Shown: positions 30,737 to 39,493 of the stretch, piece by piece
Layout: every line of letters begins with the position of its first letter
Position numbering within the stretch: the first letter of the stretch is position 1
Virus record (IMG/VR): IMGVR_UViG_3300032330_001755
Span: 1 to 45,582 of that record
Strand: one strand, 5' to 3'
DNA from: a virus
Lineage: Duplodnaviria; Caudoviricetes
DNA: 45,582 nt
Program-made: the position numbers and the translations under genes
Notes under the pieces: model-generated
What the model was told of the DNA's origin: nothing
The model's database searches: none
The model's input: the letters and a program-made list of their open reading frames with translations, nothing else

Positions 30737-31432
30737 TTATTGGTTAGCTTTTTGCTGGTTTGTAGGAATTCCCTTACTCTCGTCAACAGTTGGGTCAACA
30801 AGTTTATCAGGTATTGCTTGAGTGCTGTATAATTTATATACTTCTTGAATTACTTGCCATTCTTGTTCGGGAAGTATCGGCAATGGGTCGTAATCCCCAT
30901 ACATAGATATGTCCATTATGGCTAAACGCATTGCTAACTTTATGTTAGGGAATAGGGTCTTCAAGTCCTTTGTAAAGATAACGTCCATGCCAAAGTTTTC
31001 ATATCCCACCTGCCCCATTAAGTCGTTCAACAACGGCTGAGATTTAATAAGACCTCCCTGACCCATTTGTAATGGAATAAATTCTTTGTCTAATTCATAC
31101 CCTATATCATTTGGGTCGTACTTTGCATATATAGCCCATATGCCCATATTTCTTGGTAGTTTTATTGGCTTGATGGGAAGCGTTGCCTTGCTCTTGCCAT
31201 TATATGAAACGACATCTATACCTTCATATAGACCTAGTGTTGTACCGTTTGGTATCACTTCCCCCATCTTCCCATTAATACTAAAATATTCTGTTTTAAG
31301 TAATTGATTTATTACATTACCACAGGCTATTTTTATTTCATTATATGAAAGACTAGAACCTTCTGCTATATCGCCACCTTCAATAAGTGACAAACAGCTT
31401 TCAGCTAATCTATAAATTGTTACAACACTCAT
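30737..31432 (-). CDS. Tail ring/tubular protein
   Basis: 231 aa in the ring gene cluster; C-terminal YDPLPI...VI helix pattern. Confidence 0.55.
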   Translation of the reverse strand: MSVVTIYRLAESCLSLIEGGDIAEGSSLSYNEIKIACGNVINQLLKTEYFSINGKMGEVIPNGTTLGLYEGIDVVSYNGKSKATLPIKPIKLPRNMGIWAIYAKYDPNDIGYELDKEFIPLQMGQGGLIKSQPLLNDLMGQVGYENFGMDVIFTKDLKTLFPNIKLAMRLAIMDISMYGDYDPLPILPEQEWQVIQEVYKLYSTQAIPDKLVDPTVDESKGIPTNQQKANQ

Positions 31433-31442
31433 TTTTTATTTT

Positions 31443-32354
31443 TTATAAATGATTAACGCCTTGATAATTTTGTTGTGATTTCATTTCTGCAAATTGAGAT
31501 ATTTCAGCATCACTAAGATTTATACCAACACTCAATAAAGCCTTTATTAAAATCATGTTTATATCTGTATCTCTCCACTCTAATTGAACAGAATTTATTG
31601 GGTCGTAAACAATATTTCTTCCCCCAACAACATTATAGCCATACACTGGCTTTTTAGGTCTTCTCATATAAGACACGCTGCCAATATAATTAGTATTAGC
31701 AGGATATAAACGAATAGTTCTTGGTGCTGTTATTTCTCCTAATGGTGCTGTGGGAATTGGCGGGTCTATTTGAGAATTTAGTTTATTAGACCTTTCGTCT
31801 TCATTTGTCATTTTAACTGGGTAATACGTTTCTCTTCCATTTTGAGTAAAAACGATTTCCATGTCTAACATATCAAGATACACCCTACTTTCAAATACCC
31901 TTATTGATGCACCACTTTGTATGGTTGTTATAGGCTCAATGTCTACCTGAAACGATGTAGAAGATATTATTTTAGTTATAATAGTACCTGGCTGAAATAA
32001 TCCAGTTCCCGTACTTACTACAACAATTTGCCCTATAACCAATCCTGTTGTACTAGAAACATTAATTGTTGTCCCAGACGATGCATCATTTGCTGTAATT
32101 GTTGATACTAGGAATGTATTGGGAATTGACACTAGCTGTGGGTCATTGGCATCCGAATTAAAATCATACCTAGTCTTAAATGGAGTTAGGCAGTCTTTTA
32201 TTATCTGAGATGTAGCGTACTTTGGAATAATGTCATTGTAATATGCGATTTGTCCTAAATCAATAACCGCAACAGACTCTTCTATTGTCAAGAAAGAACC
32301 TCTTTCTTTTCTTATCCAGAAATTAATATAATCAACGCAGTCTTTAATATTCAT
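31443..32354 (-). CDS. Tail ring/head-tail adaptor protein with a beta-rich insertion
   Basis: N-terminal KERGSFLT..E....I...Q; SYMRRPKKPVYGY; C-terminal L..VGINL. Confidence 0.65.
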   Translation of the reverse strand: MNIKDCVDYINFWIRKERGSFLTIEESVAVIDLGQIAYYNDIIPKYATSQIIKDCLTPFKTRYDFNSDANDPQLVSIPNTFLVSTITANDASSGTTINVSSTTGLVIGQIVVVSTGTGLFQPGTIITKIISSTSFQVDIEPITTIQSGASIRVFESRVYLDMLDMEIVFTQNGRETYYPVKMTNEDERSNKLNSQIDPPIPTAPLGEITAPRTIRLYPANTNYIGSVSYMRRPKKPVYGYNVVGGRNIVYDPINSVQLEWRDTDINMILIKALLSVGINLSDAEISQFAEMKSQQNYQGVNHL

Positions 32355-32371
32355 CTTGGCTGAAAGTTTGC

Positions 32372-32379
32372 CAAATTTA
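32372..32379 (-). promoter_or_regulatory. Bacteroidetes-type -7 promoter box (TAAATTTG) for the tail operon
   Basis: Matches TAnnTTTG, 18 nt upstream of the ATG at 32354; the -33 box is not clear. Confidence 0.5.
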
Positions 32380-32403
32380 ATAATATTATTAAGAAAAAAA
32401 TTT

Positions 32404-33066
32404 TTATTCTACGATTTCTTTGCCTAATATCCTGTCTTGCTGTAAAATTATAAATTTCTTTCCGTTTATTTCGTAGTGCTGTGCCTTGTCTGAATTAAAG
32501 TATGCTAGGTCGCCATTTGAGGCTTGTATGTTTGGGAGGTGCTGCCTGTTGTTCCCAATGTGCATTATATGCGAAGACTTGGCTTTCTTTGTTTTCTTTA
32601 TTGTCTGAGCCAATATAATCTTGTCCTGCTCAAACTCTTCAAGCATTACAAAACCGTTTACCATTATTATTTCCCCGTCACGAATAACTCCAAATAAGTT
32701 TCTTATATCACAACTAAAATATTCCTTACCATCGTATTTAATTAAGTTCCTGTAAACAGGCTCTCCGTTTTCTTGTTTTATAACAAGGTCGTAAATTACT
32801 TTAAATGAGAATATAGCCATGTCGCCTATCTGTAGGTCTTGTATAGAATACCCTTCGTATTGCTTGTCGTTTGTGATTTGTCTGGGAATTGACACTATTT
32901 CCCCTACAATATTTACCACATCTGCTGGGTCAACTGAAGCCCCGTTTTGAATTGATGACCTCTTCATTAGGTCTGAAATATGTCTTATGTATCTTGTCTT
33001 TGGATGTACTATTACTTTATTTGTTGGGGCTTGAATCATACTTAAATTTTTTGTATTTTTTTTCAT
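32404..33066 (-). CDS. Tandem GroES-like (co-chaperonin-fold) protein
   Basis: Two GroES-like halves (APTNKVIVHP...GEIVSIP...IGDMAIF; NGFVMLE...GDLAYF...EINGKKFIILQQDRILG). Confidence 0.6.
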   Translation of the reverse strand: MKKNTKNLSMIQAPTNKVIVHPKTRYIRHISDLMKRSSIQNGASVDPADVVNIVGEIVSIPRQITNDKQYEGYSIQDLQIGDMAIFSFKVIYDLVIKQENGEPVYRNLIKYDGKEYFSCDIRNLFGVIRDGEIIMVNGFVMLEEFEQDKIILAQTIKKTKKAKSSHIMHIGNNRQHLPNIQASNGDLAYFNSDKAQHYEINGKKFIILQQDRILGKEIVE

Positions 33067-33340
33067 TCAGTACTATACGATAAGCATAGTACCATGTTGC
33101 CATGTCATTCAATACAAATTTAATATCCTTTTCTATATTTTTATATCCTGGGATTAAACTTCCTCTCAAAGAACCACTAAATACAACCCAAAGATAATAA
33201 TTGGTTATTTGTATGGACGGGATGATTGAATCCTTTGGGTATGTAGATATTAATCCTATATAGTGAGGGAACTCACGCTGTAGTATGTAATATTGTAGCT
33301 CCCCACTTTCATCATTGTCACGATATGTTATGTATTCCAA
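33017..33340 (-). CDS. Hypothetical protein
   Basis: 107-aa ORF overlapping its neighbours in the operon. Confidence 0.55.
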   Translation of the reverse strand: MEYITYRDNDESGELQYYILQREFPHYIGLISTYPKDSIIPSIQITNYYLWVVFSGSLRGSLIPGYKNIEKDIKFVLNDMATWYYAYRIVLNEKKYKKFKYDSSPNK

Positions 33341-33521
33341 AGGTTGCGTTTTTGTGTATTTTTATTTGGGAAGTGTTGAAGTGCCTAATCATTCCTCCTT
33401 CACACAAAACCACACACCAAATGTCGTTCTCAAACATTCCAGAAGACTCTACATAAATAGCGTATCCGTCTTCTCCCTTTTCGGTAACTACAGGAATTGG
33501 TATATTAAATTGCATCATCAT
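33318..33521 (-). CDS. Small hypothetical phage protein
   Basis: 67 aa; IPVVTEKG.DGYAI...NDIWCV..C..G.IRH pattern seen in many small phage proteins. Confidence 0.6.
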   Translation of the reverse strand: MMMQFNIPIPVVTEKGEDGYAIYVESSGMFENDIWCVVLCEGGMIRHFNTSQIKIHKNATFGIHNIS

Positions 33522-33804
33522 TTTCGTATTCCCTTACAATAAACCAAACATCACCGTCTGGTGCTGCCTTTGCGTCAATCCATAAACAAGCATTGCCATT
33601 ATACATTTGACCAATGCCAGAGTTGGAACTAATTACTACCACATCACCTGGGATGTACATATCGCTGTATTCTTTACTAACCTCTACAACCTTTACCTTT
33701 TGAAATTCAAGTTGTACAAGTTCTATACCAACCGATGTTGTATAGTTGTCCTCCTTTAGCGGCTCAACTAACATTTTTCTGCCTACGGGTTCAAACTTTT
33801 GCAT
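33505..33804 (-). CDS. groES: Co-chaperonin GroES-like protein
   Basis: FEPVGRKMLVEP...TTSVGIEL...KVVEV...PGDVVV matches the Cpn10 pattern including the mobile loop. Confidence 0.7.
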   Translation of the reverse strand: MQKFEPVGRKMLVEPLKEDNYTTSVGIELVQLEFQKVKVVEVSKEYSDMYIPGDVVVISSNSGIGQMYNGNACLWIDAKAAPDGDVWFIVREYENDDAI

Positions 33805-33918
33805 ATATTTTTTGTTTTATAATTCGCCTTCTGTATGACTATCCCATTCGAGTTCTTCAGCACTTTCAGCACCTTCACCTCCCCAAGAATAATAATTTTT
33901 CACCTATTTAACGGATGT

Positions 33919-34212
33919 TTATGTTTTTATATAATAGTGTCTATTCCCACACATCCACAAAATAAATCCCCTCAACTCAATACACTCCATAATACCAGAC
34001 ATAACCTCATCTGATACTATCTGACTATCTTTTCTGAATGCATTTTTTATTGTTGCCGTTGACTTTAAGCCAAGTTTTACTGCAATTTCTAACTCAGATA
34101 GTTCGCAGTTCGCAAACCGTGCATCCATTTCGGTTTGGAATTTTAGGTAATTAACCTTAGTATAGCCTTGTATTTCTATCATAATAGCAAAATAAATTAA
34201 AATAAATATCAT
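33919..34212 (-). CDS. Putative HTH regulator (true start probably the ATG at 34182)
   Basis: LSELEIAVKLGLKSTATIKNAF helix-turn-helix-like segment; sits at the divergence point of the two arms. Confidence 0.55.
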   Translation of the reverse strand: MIFILIYFAIMIEIQGYTKVNYLKFQTEMDARFANCELSELEIAVKLGLKSTATIKNAFRKDSQIVSDEVMSGIMECIELRGFILWMCGNRHYYIKT

Positions 34213-34241
34213 TTCAAAATTTATTTTGTCAAAATTATTAT

Positions 34242-34249
34242 TATTTTTG
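34242..34249 (+). promoter_or_regulatory. Bacteroidetes-type -7 box (TATTTTTG) for the right arm
   Basis: Matches TAnnTTTG in the short AT-rich divergent intergenic region. Confidence 0.45.
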
Positions 34250-34253
34250 TGTC

Positions 34254-34418
34254 ATGGGAAGAGTCAAGACTAAAACTGAAGTTATTAAAGAGCCATATGT
34301 TCCCAAACCTGATGCGCATTTATACGTATATATACGCAAAAATCCATTATTACTGATTCCCATACCTTATAAATACAAACCCAACTACCAATACATTTTA
34401 TCACTCATAAAAAAATAA
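34254..34418 (+). CDS. Small basic hypothetical protein (54 aa; not in the ORF track)
   Basis: MGRVKTKTEVIKEPYVPKPDAH...SLIKK*, ending 3 nt before the next ATG. Confidence 0.45.
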   Translation: MGRVKTKTEVIKEPYVPKPDAHLYVYIRKNPLLLIPIPYKYKPNYQYILSLIKK

Positions 34419-34421
34419 AAA

Positions 34422-34616
34422 ATGGAACTATCATTAAAAATGCACGAAACAAAAACAACTATTGAACAACAACATGACGACATCACAATAGATGAGATGT
34501 TCAATTTGTTCTCTGCTTTGTTAATATCAGCCACCTTTTCCCAGACACAAATAGATAACTACATTATTGATAAAGCAAATGAATTAAAAGAAGAAGAAGA
34601 AGACTTTAATGATTAG
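34422..34616 (+). CDS. Hypothetical protein
   Basis: 64 aa with A-rich leader. Confidence 0.6.
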   Translation: MELSLKMHETKTTIEQQHDDITIDEMFNLFSALLISATFSQTQIDNYIIDKANELKEEEEDFND

Positions 34617-34733
34617 TTTGCAAAAGGTGTCGTAAATCAGCACCTGTCGCAAATATTTACTTTATTTACGAAAACGTAAACGGTTTAAAAAAATAAACAA
34701 CAAGGTACTTTTAGTACCAAAAATCAAAGATAT

Positions 34734-35117
34734 ATGGGACGAAAAATACAAAAACTTACTGAAGAAGAATGGAGTGAGTTGAATAATGTAAGTAAGGGAA
34801 CTACTACTTCCCCAACATCAATAGAATGGTTAATAGACCAAATGTTTAGGCAAGGTTATTTTGATGGGAACAAGCCATTATCAATTACTAATCTTGACCA
34901 TTTACAACAACAAGCAGTAGAAATGCACAAGCAAGATATAATAAAAGCATTTGATGAAGGTCAAGAATATGAGTACCAATACCACATTAACAATGCTCCT
35001 AAATTTGATTCAGAAACTTATTATCAAGAAACATTTGTAAGTAATTCGGAAAAACCGAATGTTTCTGGAACTTATGCTGATTTAGAAAAATTACGCAGAG
35101 GTAGAAGTAAACATTAA
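34734..35117 (+). CDS. Hypothetical phage protein
   Basis: TSIEWL...QAVEMHKQDIIKAFDEG...ETYYQETF pattern common in Bacteroidetes phage small genes. Confidence 0.65.
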   Translation: MGRKIQKLTEEEWSELNNVSKGTTTSPTSIEWLIDQMFRQGYFDGNKPLSITNLDHLQQQAVEMHKQDIIKAFDEGQEYEYQYHINNAPKFDSETYYQETFVSNSEKPNVSGTYADLEKLRRGRSKH

Positions 35118-35129
35118 AAAAGAAAGTCA

Positions 35130-35216
35130 ATGAAACAAGTGTTCTTGATTATTATTGTTTGGGAATTAGCAAAACTTGCAATTAGAACAATTTTTGATAA
35201 AATAGTTAATGAGTAA
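35130..35216 (+). CDS. Small hydrophobic peptide (28 aa)
   Basis: MKQVFLIIIVWELAKLAIRTIFDKIVNE*, A-rich leader. Confidence 0.4.
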   Translation: MKQVFLIIIVWELAKLAIRTIFDKIVNE

Positions 35217-35295
35217 AATGAGCGCACCTAAATAAAAATAGGCGCTAACTTATGTTTTGTAGGTGAATTGTCAGTTTAAAACTTACATTTAAGAT

Positions 35296-35649
35296 ATGAA
35301 AACAATAGAAATAAACAGAGAAAAACTTTACGAAAAGTATATTGCTTGGGTAAACCAAGTAGCAGATGATATACCAGAAAAGACGCACTTTGATGTGGAT
35401 GAGATAATAAATGCTATTAGCCGTATTTTAGAGTCTGATACTGATATAATTCAAGAGTTCCCAGATAAGATTGTTAGGGAAGTAGTAGCAAAGTACAAGC
35501 AAAGAAGCGACACAGGTATAAATAAATACAACACGACCTTGGAAGAAAATAACACAGATAATTTTTTATTGCATCTTCAGCAGGAGCTTATGGATTCAAC
35601 TTTGTATATTGAAAAGCTCCTATCAAAACTTCCCAAACAAAATGACTAA
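35296..35649 (+). CDS. Phage protein with an all-alpha NTP-pyrophosphatase-like C-terminal domain
   Basis: RSDTGINKYNTTL...LHLQQELMDSTLYIEK pattern. Confidence 0.5.
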   Translation: MKTIEINREKLYEKYIAWVNQVADDIPEKTHFDVDEIINAISRILESDTDIIQEFPDKIVREVVAKYKQRSDTGINKYNTTLEENNTDNFLLHLQQELMDSTLYIEKLLSKLPKQND

Positions 35650-35887
35650 ACAAGAGTACATAAACTATAAAAGAACAAACCAAATGAAAGTAATATACGA
35701 ATACTACAAGGAGAAGTTTGACCATAAGAAACACAAACCATTTTTGCCTGAGCAAGAGTTTTACGTTTACATACAAATGAACAGAGATTTAAACGAAACC
35801 TACATTAAAGTAGCAAATTACTACGACTCATACTATAACGTAATCACCATTCTAGACGAACAAGGAAATATAATTACTGCTTATTAA
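35609..35887 (+). CDS. Hypothetical protein (likely start ATG 35642)
   Basis: ORF overlapping the previous stop codon. Confidence 0.55.
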   Translation: MKSSYQNFPNKMTKQEYINYKRTNQMKVIYEYYKEKFDHKKHKPFLPEQEFYVYIQMNRDLNETYIKVANYYDSYYNVITILDEQGNIITAY

Positions 35888-35895
35888 AAATATTT

Positions 35896-35926
35896 TTTGG
35901 TAGTATCAAAAAGTTTTTTATTTTTG
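35896..35926 (+). promoter_or_regulatory. Bacteroidetes sigma-A promoter (TTTG-N19-TATTTTTG)
   Basis: -33 TTTG at 35896-35899 and -7 TATTTTTG at 35919-35926, canonical spacing. Confidence 0.7.
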
Positions 35927-35928
35927 TC

Positions 35929-36074
35929 TTGCTCAAATTCACATTATATGTTTACTTCAAAAACATTCATTCAATTTATTAACGGTCTATACCTGCGGTT
36001 AAAATCTTTCTATTGCGTATCTGCAATTGTAATGTGATTTTTGAGCAACCGCAGGAATAGACCTATATTTTTTT
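35929..36074 (+). promoter_or_regulatory. Structured 5' leader with alternative helices and a 29-aa leader ORF (35948-36037)
   Basis: TTGCTCAAA.CACATTA pairs with TAATGTG.TTTGAGCAA; GGTCTAT.CCTGCGGTT pairs with AACCGCAGG.ATAGACC, followed by a T-run. Confidence 0.6.
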
Positions 36075-36509
36075 ATGAAAACTTATTCAGAAAAACTTCG
36101 TGACCCAAAATGGCAAAAGAAAAGACTTGAGATTTTAGAAAGAGATAAATTTTCATGTCAGCTTTGTTTGGATGAAAAAACAGAACTTCATGTACATCAT
36201 TTTACTTATGATTTTAAAAAAGAACCTTGGGATTATGATGATTCAAATTTTATAACTTATTGCAAACATTGCCATTTGTTAGTTGAATCATTATTGAAAG
36301 AAAAGACTGAAATATTATCAACTTGCAAAATTAAAAATCATATTTCAACTTTATGTATAAAAGACAATGTAAAATATGTTTATTTTTTTAAAATTAATGA
36401 AATAGAAATTAGCCCGATTTTTAAAATACTATATTCTGAATTACAAGATTTAGAAACAATGATTTGGAATATGAGATTAAATAATTGCTTAATTTTTAAT
36501 AAAATATAA
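36075..36509 (+). CDS. HNH endonuclease
   Basis: DPKWQKKRLEILERDKFSCQLC...LHVHH...ITYCKHCH. Confidence 0.85.
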   Translation: MKTYSEKLRDPKWQKKRLEILERDKFSCQLCLDEKTELHVHHFTYDFKKEPWDYDDSNFITYCKHCHLLVESLLKEKTEILSTCKIKNHISTLCIKDNVKYVYFFKINEIEISPIFKILYSELQDLETMIWNMRLNNCLIFNKI

Positions 36510-36512
36510 ATA

Positions 36513-37373
36513 ATGCCAAAAAGATTTACAGATACAGAAATATGGAAAAATCAAAGATGGTTTAGAAAACTATCTCCAATAAATAAATTGATATTTTTTT
36601 ACATTAAAGACCAATGCAATCATGCAGGAATTTGGAAAATAGATTGCTCTGACCTCATTGATGATTTAGGATTAGATATTTTTTCTTTAGAAAATTTTAT
36701 TAGCGAAATGAATTCAGATTTTGATAAAATAAGTGGGAATAAAACTTACAAAGAAAGAGTTAAAATAATAAAAAATAACAACCTTTGGATAACTGGCTTT
36801 ATACAATTTCAATATGAATCAAAAGAAAAAATTATTAGTGAATCGTCTTGCGTAAGAACAGCTCTTCAAATTTTAAAAGGTCTTGATATATATGAAGAAT
36901 CTATTAGTAAGGGATATGTAACTCTTAAGCAAAAAGATATAACCCTTAATAACGGTTTGGTAACCAATAAGGATAAGGATAGTATTTCTTTTAATACTTT
37001 TACAAGCAATAAATACTCTAACGAATTAATAGACTCTAATAGTTGGGAGAGTGAAAAAAAATATTTTAAAAACGATGAAGTTTATTTTTATAAAATTTGT
37101 TCAGAGTATAAATTTTCAAAAGATGAAATAAATTTAAAAATTGAAGAATTTTTAAAATCATTAGAATTAGGAGAAGATTTTAAATCTGTAAAAGAACTTA
37201 AAAGACATTTTTTAAATTGGATTAAGAAACAAAAAAAAGAAACATCAGAAAAACCATTCAATCCTCATACAGCCACTGGAACAGAAAAAGCAGAACACTA
37301 TAAAAAGATGATGCAATCATTACAAGGAGATAATAAATCTATTTATAGCAATTCTTATAGCCAAAATTTATAA
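36513..37373 (+). CDS. Putative replication initiator
   Basis: MPKRFTDTEIW...CNHAGIW N-terminus and LKRHFLNWI C-terminal domain; precedes the primase-helicase. Confidence 0.65.
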   Translation: MPKRFTDTEIWKNQRWFRKLSPINKLIFFYIKDQCNHAGIWKIDCSDLIDDLGLDIFSLENFISEMNSDFDKISGNKTYKERVKIIKNNNLWITGFIQFQYESKEKIISESSCVRTALQILKGLDIYEESISKGYVTLKQKDITLNNGLVTNKDKDSISFNTFTSNKYSNELIDSNSWESEKKYFKNDEVYFYKICSEYKFSKDEINLKIEEFLKSLELGEDFKSVKELKRHFLNWIKKQKKETSEKPFNPHTATGTEKAEHYKKMMQSLQGDNKSIYSNSYSQNL

Positions 37374-37447
37374 GATAATTAGTTTTTGGATAGTATGTAC
37401 CACTCAGAAAAAATAACGCACTAAATCGCCTTAAAATAACGAATACG

Positions 37448-39304
37448 ATGATTACGATTTTTCAGAATATATTTTCAAAAGACCCACATTACATTTCTGT
37501 TGGGGAAGCGTTGACTAGAATTTCCCAAGGCAAAAGCAAACAAAGGGTAGAGGACATAAGGAGTCAACTAGACAAGGAGAAGTCAAATAAATTGAAAGCG
37601 AACTTACCTTCAGTTTGTTTTTCGGGTAAGTTTGGGAAGAACCGAAAGGATGACGAACTTATAGAGCATAGTGGATTTTTAGTGCTTGATTTTGATGATA
37701 TTTATGAACTTAGGGAAAAGCAAACAGAGATAATTAGCCATGATTTTGTATATGCTTGTTGGGTTAGTCCGTCTGGGAAGGGTTTAAAGGCGCTCATAAA
37801 GATAGCCGATAGAACTAAGCATAGAGAGCATTTTTCTTCTTTGCAGGAGATTTTCCCTGACATAGATAAATCAGGAGCTAACCCTTCAAGAGTGTGCTAT
37901 GAGTCTTATGACCCTGAGATATACATAAATGAAACGGCTAAGGTTTTCAAAAAGACTAAAAAGACAGAAAAGATAGTAGAGCGTAAGGTTCAAGACACAG
38001 ATGATTATCAGATATTTAAGAATCTTTTAGTATGGATGTCAAATAAGGGTAACGCATTTGTGTCTGGGGAAAGGAACAACTTTATATTTATGTTAGCTTC
38101 ATCTTGTTGCAGGTTTGGTATAGATGAGTTTACTGCTGAAAATTTAATTTCTTCTGAGTTTTTAACTAATTCTGAATTTAGCAGTACGGAGTGTGTGAGA
38201 GCAATAAAGTCTGCTTACAGAGCAAATTCATCAAATTTTGGTTCTGCTAAGTTTGAAAAAGATGTATTAGTAGACAAGGTTACCAGAAAAGAAATAGAGA
38301 TTAACCAAGATATTTTTGACGAAAGCATAAGACCTCAAGATGTTATTTATGGTATTGATGTGAAAGAAAGGGCGATGGACTTATATAATCTTGGATTTGC
38401 TAAGGTTAATGGAATTAATGTTCCCGATATTGATGATAAGTTTAAGCCAAAGAAGGGTGAAGTTACTTTATTGACGGGAATTGGTAATTATGGTAAGTCT
38501 TCGTTCAAGAGATGGTATCAAGTATTTAGAACTGTTTTGTATGGTGAAAAGTTTGCTACGTTTTCGCCAGAGGATAATCCTCCAGAAGAATATTACCACG
38601 ACCTTGCTGAGATTTTATTAGGCTGCGATTGTACACCAAGAAATCCAAGACGACCTAATATAGATGTTTATCAAAGAGCATATGATTTTGTAACTGAGCA
38701 TTTCTTTTACATTTATCCTAAAAATTCAGAACCTACGCCTCAATATATTAAGCAAGTTTTTTTAGAATTGATTATAAAGGAAAAGGTTGACGGATGTGAT
38801 ATTGACCCATTTAACCAAATGACAAATAACTATCAAGGTTTTGCAGGTAGAGATAAGTATCTTGAATTTGTGTTAACGGATTTCTCAAGATTTGCAGTTT
38901 TGAACGATGTGTTTTTTTGGATAGTAGCACATCCAACAAAACTTCCCAAACAACAAGACGGTAACTACCCATGCCCAGAAGTATTTGATGTAGCAGATGG
39001 TGCTATGTGGAATAATAAGATGGATAACATACTCGTTTACCATAGACCATTAGCACAGACAGACCCACAGAATCCAATGTGCGAATTTCATTCAAAGAAA
39101 ATCAGAAGACAGAAGACAGTAGGTAAAAAGGGTGCATCTTCTTTTGAAATGAATTTCCCAACAAGAAGGTATATTTTTTTAGGTGGCGACCCTTTGCAAA
39201 AAGCAGTTAATGAAAAGCAATTAGATTTTAATTATAAACAATCTAAGATAGAAATTCCCGAACAAAAAGAATGGAAAGCTATTGATGATGAAATGCCATT
39301 TTAA
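37448..39304 (+). CDS. Primase-helicase (BT4734/VirE-N-like primase, PriCT-like linker, DnaB/Twinkle-like helicase)
   Basis: LPSVCFSGKF, LVLDFD, SPSGKGLK, SYDP; GERNNFIF; Walker A TGIGNYGKS, IDPFN, IVAHPTK. Confidence 0.85.
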   Translation: MITIFQNIFSKDPHYISVGEALTRISQGKSKQRVEDIRSQLDKEKSNKLKANLPSVCFSGKFGKNRKDDELIEHSGFLVLDFDDIYELREKQTEIISHDFVYACWVSPSGKGLKALIKIADRTKHREHFSSLQEIFPDIDKSGANPSRVCYESYDPEIYINETAKVFKKTKKTEKIVERKVQDTDDYQIFKNLLVWMSNKGNAFVSGERNNFIFMLASSCCRFGIDEFTAENLISSEFLTNSEFSSTECVRAIKSAYRANSSNFGSAKFEKDVLVDKVTRKEIEINQDIFDESIRPQDVIYGIDVKERAMDLYNLGFAKVNGINVPDIDDKFKPKKGEVTLLTGIGNYGKSSFKRWYQVFRTVLYGEKFATFSPEDNPPEEYYHDLAEILLGCDCTPRNPRRPNIDVYQRAYDFVTEHFFYIYPKNSEPTPQYIKQVFLELIIKEKVDGCDIDPFNQMTNNYQGFAGRDKYLEFVLTDFSRFAVLNDVFFWIVAHPTKLPKQQDGNYPCPEVFDVADGAMWNNKMDNILVYHRPLAQTDPQNPMCEFHSKKIRRQKTVGKKGASSFEMNFPTRRYIFLGGDPLQKAVNEKQLDFNYKQSKIEIPEQKEWKAIDDEMPF

Positions 39305-39316
39305 AATATATTATTT

Positions 39317-39493
39317 ATGAAAATTAAAAGAAAATATAATTTAACAAAACCAAGAACATTAACACATCCTCAAAATAGAATTAAACCATTTGACGAAAGA
39401 AAAGTACAAATATTTTTTTCTGTGAAAGGGAAGCATTACAAAGAAGCACAACTAATTATTTCACAATTAATAAAACAAAAACAATGGAACTAA
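39317..39493 (+). CDS. Small basic hypothetical protein (58 aa; not in the ORF track)
   Basis: MKIKRKYNLTKPR...RKVQIFFSVKGKHYKEAQLII...WN*, overlapping the next ATG. Confidence 0.45.
   Translation: MKIKRKYNLTKPRTLTHPQNRIKPFDERKVQIFFSVKGKHYKEAQLIISQLIKQKQWN

Noticed and set aside
2399-33542. Numerous plus-strand ORFs of 60-150 aa in the ORF track
   Set aside because: They are antisense shadows of long minus-strand genes with no recognisable motifs.
33817-33903. 28-aa acidic GTG-start ORF, in frame with the upstream HTH gene (possible readthrough)
   Set aside because: Two stop codons separate it from the HTH gene and there is no independent support.
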